Assembly (NCBI GenBank): GCA_016699875.1
Contig: CP064989.1
Location: 712,788 to 776,787 of the forward strand
DNA from: Candidatus Moraniibacteriota bacterium
GTDB taxonomy: Bacteria > Patescibacteriota > Minisyncoccia > Moranbacterales > UBA1568
Length of the DNA: 64,000 nucleotides
Reading direction: 5' to 3'
The notes below the pieces were generated by a model. That model was given only the letters and a program-made list of their open reading frames with translations, had not been told where the DNA came from and searched no databases. The position numbers and the translations under genes are program-made. Below, piece after piece: positions 60,577-64,000 of this stretch; position 1 is the stretch's first letter, and the number at the start of each line of letters is the position of its first letter.

Positions 60577-61233
60577 ATGCGTTCTACAATTCCCGATCTT
60601 CTTCCACTTGAACGGCCGCTGGTGGTGTTTGACCTTGAAACGACCGGGCTTACGCCGGGAGAAGACAAGACAGTCGAGATTGCGTATCAGAAGATTATGC
60701 CGAGCGGGGAGGTGATTGCAGCGGTGCAGCGGCTCAATCCGTTGCGGCCGATCCCGAAGGATTCGACAGCCGTGCATGGTATCACCGACGAAGACGTTGC
60801 CAATGCGCCGTCTTTTGCCAAGCTCTGCTATGAGCTCTGGAGTATTTTCGAAGGAGTGGATGTTGGCGGGTTCAATGTGTACGGGTACGATCTTCCTTTC
60901 TTGCGGGCGGAATTCGCCACAGTGGGAAAAAACTTTGATTATTCGAACCGGAAAATTCTCGATGCGAAATTTATTTTCCACAAATTTGCACCGCGAGATA
61001 TGGTATCTCGGCGGGATTTGTCGGCGGCTACCAAGGAATACTGTGGCGAGACGCATACAAGTGCACACACAGCCGAAGGTGATGTGGCTGTGACGGTCAA
61101 GGTGCTCGAGAAACAATTGGAACGGTACCCGGAATTTCGAAACTGGGATGCGGTGATGGATCTCCTTGGGCGGCGTAAGTCGGTTGAAGTGGAATCGGCA
61201 GCTCCTCAAGTGCCGCGTGGGACTCTGTTTTAG
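60577..61233 (+). CDS. DnaQ-like 3'-5' exonuclease (DEDDh family; DNA polymerase III epsilon-like)
   Basis: Exo I VVFDLETTGL, Exo II AVHGITDEDV, Exo III HTAEGDVAVT. The track ORF starts at 60547. Confidence 0.8.
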   Translation: MRSTIPDLLPLERPLVVFDLETTGLTPGEDKTVEIAYQKIMPSGEVIAAVQRLNPLRPIPKDSTAVHGITDEDVANAPSFAKLCYELWSIFEGVDVGGFNVYGYDLPFLRAEFATVGKNFDYSNRKILDAKFIFHKFAPRDMVSRRDLSAATKEYCGETHTSAHTAEGDVAVTVKVLEKQLERYPEFRNWDAVMDLLGRRKSVEVESAAPQVPRGTLF

Positions 61234-61312
61234 TTTCATGTCTCTCATCATTCTCCTCTGAAGAGAGCCGATGTGATATACTGAACACGTCGGCTTTCTT
61301 GTTTTTCTTCCC

Positions 61313-62458
61313 ATGACCGCGTCTTCTCAGCATATTGCGTGCGATCTTGCCGGCAAGGACCGATGGATGATTGAAGCATTCGAGTCAGTCGGCGATGCGA
61401 TCTTCGTGACAGATGTTCACGGAGTGATTTCATTTGTGAATCCGAAAGCCGTTGCGCTTTCCGGATGGAGCGCTGAGGAGGCTATTGGGCAGCCGGTTGG
61501 ATCGGTCGTGAAGTTTTCTATCGATGATGATTTGCAAACGGTGCTTTCCTCGTCACCCTATGCGCCTTCGGAGTCGCCGCAGGAGTTTACCGGGAGGATT
61601 TCTTTGGTAAAGAAAGATGGTCATTCAAAGAGTCCGGTAAAAGGACGAGCAGTGCCGTTTTCTGATGAAGAAGGAAATCGACAAGGGACAATTATTCTCT
61701 TGGGGGATGCAACGATCGAGCACCGGTTGATCCAGGCGAAAGATCATTTCCTCTCCATAGTGGCGCATCAGTTGCGGACGCCCTTGGGGAGCGCTCGATG
61801 GTGTATGGATATGCTTCTGTCGGGGGATCTGGGCGCTCTGCCGGAAGAAGCTCGACGAGCAATAATCAGTCTCTACGCGAGTAATCAGCAGATGATCGAG
61901 CTGGTAAACGATCTGCTTGATATGGCAAAATTCAACCGGACAAACGGTGTTGAAGAATCTGTGCCGGTTGATGTGGCGGAGGTAGTCGAGAGTATTTTCC
62001 GGTTTCTTGAACTCGATGCGCAGCGTCGCCGCGTAGTATTCGGTCTGAAAGGTGACACGGGCGTTCCAAAGATTCTCTTGCCCAGGAGGCGATTTTACGA
62101 AGTGATACGGAATCTTCTTTCGAACGCGGTAAAATACAGTAAACCCGGAGGGCATGTCTTGGTGGGAATTGCAAAAGCTGGCGATGAGTGTCTTATCTCG
62201 GTCAAAGACGATGGAATCGGCATTCCGATTGATGAGCAACAGAATATCTTCTCGAAATTTTTCCGGGCAAGCAACGCAGTTCATTCGCAAACGGAAGGGT
62301 CGGGACTTGGTCTTGCTGTCGTGAAAATGTTTATTGAATCATGGGGAGGGGCTGCATCCTTTAAGAGCACCGAAGGGAAGGGAACGACATTCTTTATCAA
62401 GCTTCCTATCAATCGGAAAATCGAGAAATCATCGGATGCTGATTCGAAGTCGAGCTAA
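61313..62458 (+). CDS. Sensor histidine kinase with an N-terminal PAS domain (cytoplasmic)
   Basis: PAS-like region (VTDVHGVISFVNPKAVALSGWSAEEAIGQPV). HisKA H-box (VAHQLRTPLGSARW). HATPase_c N/G boxes (LSNAVKYS...VKDDGIGIP...GSGLGLAVVK). Confidence 0.85.
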   Translation: MTASSQHIACDLAGKDRWMIEAFESVGDAIFVTDVHGVISFVNPKAVALSGWSAEEAIGQPVGSVVKFSIDDDLQTVLSSSPYAPSESPQEFTGRISLVKKDGHSKSPVKGRAVPFSDEEGNRQGTIILLGDATIEHRLIQAKDHFLSIVAHQLRTPLGSARWCMDMLLSGDLGALPEEARRAIISLYASNQQMIELVNDLLDMAKFNRTNGVEESVPVDVAEVVESIFRFLELDAQRRRVVFGLKGDTGVPKILLPRRRFYEVIRNLLSNAVKYSKPGGHVLVGIAKAGDECLISVKDDGIGIPIDEQQNIFSKFFRASNAVHSQTEGSGLGLAVVKMFIESWGGAASFKSTEGKGTTFFIKLPINRKIEKSSDADSKSS

Positions 62459-62476
62459 TCTTTAACGCGTACGCGT

Positions 62477-62938
62477 ATGACAGAAGACATGGTTGGAACC
62501 GCACCGCAAGGAAACGGTACGGCAGAGAATGCGGAGAGAACAGCACTTCTCTTGGTAGCGGAAGATGATCAGTTTTATGCCAATCTCTATCGGACGAAAC
62601 TTGAGAAAGAAGGGTTTGGCGTAGTGACTGCTGCCAATGGCAAGGAGACGTTGGAACTTCTAAAACAGCACCATCCGAATTTGATTATTCTTGATCTCGT
62701 GATGCCGGAGATGGACGGCTTCGAGGTATTGAAGAAAATCAAAGAAGATAATGCTCTGCGAGATGTTCCGGTTATCATCCTGTCGAATCTCGGACAGCAG
62801 GAGGATATTGAACGAGCTCAATCGCTTGGTGTTTTCAAATATATCATCAAGTCGAACGTTTCCATTCATCAGATGGTGGAGAGTGTTGAAGAGGCGCTTT
62901 CATCTGCTGCTGATCAGGCTCGGCAGGCATCGAAGTAG
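62477..62938 (+). CDS. Single-domain response regulator (CheY-like receiver)
   Basis: LLVAEDD, a phospho-acceptor Asp in LIILDLVMPEMDG, and a conserved Lys near IIKSN. 153 aa with no output domain. Confidence 0.9.
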   Translation: MTEDMVGTAPQGNGTAENAERTALLLVAEDDQFYANLYRTKLEKEGFGVVTAANGKETLELLKQHHPNLIILDLVMPEMDGFEVLKKIKEDNALRDVPVIILSNLGQQEDIERAQSLGVFKYIIKSNVSIHQMVESVEEALSSAADQARQASK

Positions 62939-62971
62939 CTTTCCGGAAGTTCCAGAGAATTTTCTGTCTCT

Positions 62972-64000
62972 ATGATTATCGATGAATCAGCTCTTGTACG
63001 GCTCATTGCGGAGATGCATCTGGTATCGGATGAGGCATTGAAGGATGCGCAGAAGGCGGCGGCAACAAACAAAGTGCCACTCCTGTCTCTCTTGGTGTCC
63101 GATGGGCACATGAGCGAACGAGAGGCGGCGGAAATGGTCGGCGATATTCTGGGAGTCTCTGTTGTCCGTATTTCGGATATTGCGATTCCCGATCATGTGC
63201 TTCGGATGATTCCGATCGTTGTGGCGCGCGCCCAGCGCATCATCGCCATATCATGTGACGAACGAGGACTTGCTGTTGCCATGGAAGACCCGACCAATTT
63301 GCAGGTATGCGATTTCTTGGTGAAGAAAACCGGTATGCCACTCCGTGTTTTTCTGGCTACGGCATCCGATATTGACCTGGGACTGAGTCTCTATACCAAA
63401 GATATCGGCAAAACGTTCGATGAGATGATGACGGCGCATGTTGCGACGGCGGAAGAACGTTCCGGAAAGAGCGGGGAAGTGCCGGATGCGCCGATTATCC
63501 GTATTGTGGATACGTTATTCTTGTATGCTTATCAGAATAAGGCGTCGGATATTCATATCGAACCTCGTGCAGAGATAGCGATTGTCCGCTTTCGCATAGA
63601 CGGCATTCTTTATGATGTCCTTTCTTTTTCCCGGAAGATACACGAACAAGTGGTTGCTCGACTCAAAGTGCTCTCAAAACTTCGAACTGACGAGCATCAA
63701 GTGCCGCAGGACGGGAAAATTCGAGCATCTCTTGAAGGAAGCGAATCACCTATAGATATTCGACTCTCCGTCGTGCCGACGACAGACGGCGAAAAAATAG
63801 TCTTGCGGCTCCTGGCGGAGCATGTTCGGCAGTTCTCGCTCTCGACGCTTGGACTTTCCGCATCGGATCTTGGGAAAATGGCCGATGCCTATCGAAAACC
63901 TCACGGAATGATATTGTCGACGGGTCCGACGGGAAGCGGAAAGACAACGACACTCTACGCCATACTGAAAATATTGAACAAGCCGAATATAAATATCATG
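62972..64000 (+). CDS. PilB/GspE-family secretion ATPase (type IV pilus assembly / T2SS ATPase), 5' part; continues beyond the window end
   Basis: Manual translation from ATG 62972 gives an N-terminal GSPII_E-N-like domain, then the ATPase core ending with Walker A (GPTGSGKTTTLYAIL) at the window edge. It is absent from the ORF track because it is open at the 3' end. Confidence 0.85.
   Translation, partial: MIIDESALVRLIAEMHLVSDEALKDAQKAAATNKVPLLSLLVSDGHMSEREAAEMVGDILGVSVVRISDIAIPDHVLRMIPIVVARAQRIIAISCDERGLAVAMEDPTNLQVCDFLVKKTGMPLRVFLATASDIDLGLSLYTKDIGKTFDEMMTAHVATAEERSGKSGEVPDAPIIRIVDTLFLYAYQNKASDIHIEPRAEIAIVRFRIDGILYDVLSFSRKIHEQVVARLKVLSKLRTDEHQVPQDGKIRASLEGSESPIDIRLSVVPTTDGEKIVLRLLAEHVRQFSLSTLGLSASDLGKMADAYRKPHGMILSTGPTGSGKTTTLYAILKILNKPNINIM

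Noticed and set aside
60322-61314. 330-aa minus-strand ORF overlapping the DnaQ-like exonuclease gene
   Set aside because: It is Arg/His/Cys-rich and low-complexity. It is antisense to a gene with clear Exo I-III motifs, so it is a spurious long ORF.

Overview
The window reads as a gene-dense chromosomal fragment from a small-genome, probably CPR/Patescibacteria-like bacterium. It uses the standard genetic code: TGA, TAG and TAA all terminate long intact ORFs. GC content is roughly 50%.

The main features, in map order, are:

- **1–6.5 kb:** a GT4 glycosyltransferase that runs off the window start, followed by a minus-strand operon. The operon is a CsoR/RcnR-family repressor, an RND membrane-fusion protein, an RND permease and a DUF2892 membrane protein. 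A 7-5-7 palindrome sits in its promoter.
- **6.6–11.4 kb:** an FKBP isomerase, an envelope-stress-like module (ECF sigma, membrane protein, CpxP/Spy-like LTXXQ protein), a YdjM-like hydrolase and endonuclease III.
- **11.5–18.9 kb:** a surface-protein cluster. It holds a 1530-aa secreted protein, a DUF916/DUF3324 (WxLIP)-like membrane-anchored protein and a 402-aa secreted protein. The 402-aa protein shares a ~165-aa C-terminal module with the 1530-aa protein.
- **18.9–23.0 kb:** argS and recQ, then a truncated REP-associated tyrosine transposase (RAYT) remnant embedded in GGGGCGCC-type palindromic repeats.
- **23.0–31.2 kb:** LamG and FN3 surface proteins, an orphan parB, a mannose-1-phosphate guanylyltransferase and a small membrane protein.
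- **31.5–45.3 kb:** a 13.8-kb giant gene full of near-identical internal DNA repeats. It ends in a phage tail-fibre-type intramolecular-chaperone (peptidase S74-like) domain. As assembled it is broken by two frameshifts, both inside repeat copies.
- **45.3–53.8 kb:** a small LamG protein whose TM anchor lies in another frame, then an F-type ATP synthase operon in the order atpB-E-F-H-[HAD-like]-A-[130-bp hairpin element]-G-[antisense membrane-protein gene]-D-C.
- **53.8–58.5 kb:** a DUF4349 gene with an in-frame TAA, a Sel1-repeat protein, and a leucyl-tRNA synthetase with two insertions. One is an in-frame ~72-bp copy of the atp-operon hairpin element. The other is an embedded complete Nudix hydrolase domain.
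- **58.6–64.0 kb:** pyrF disrupted by an IS5-family (IS1031-group-like) element with a TTA target duplication and an orfAB slippery site, a DnaQ-like exonuclease, a PAS histidine kinase with its response regulator, and the 5' part of a PilB/GspE ATPase.

No rRNA, tRNA or CRISPR array was recognised.
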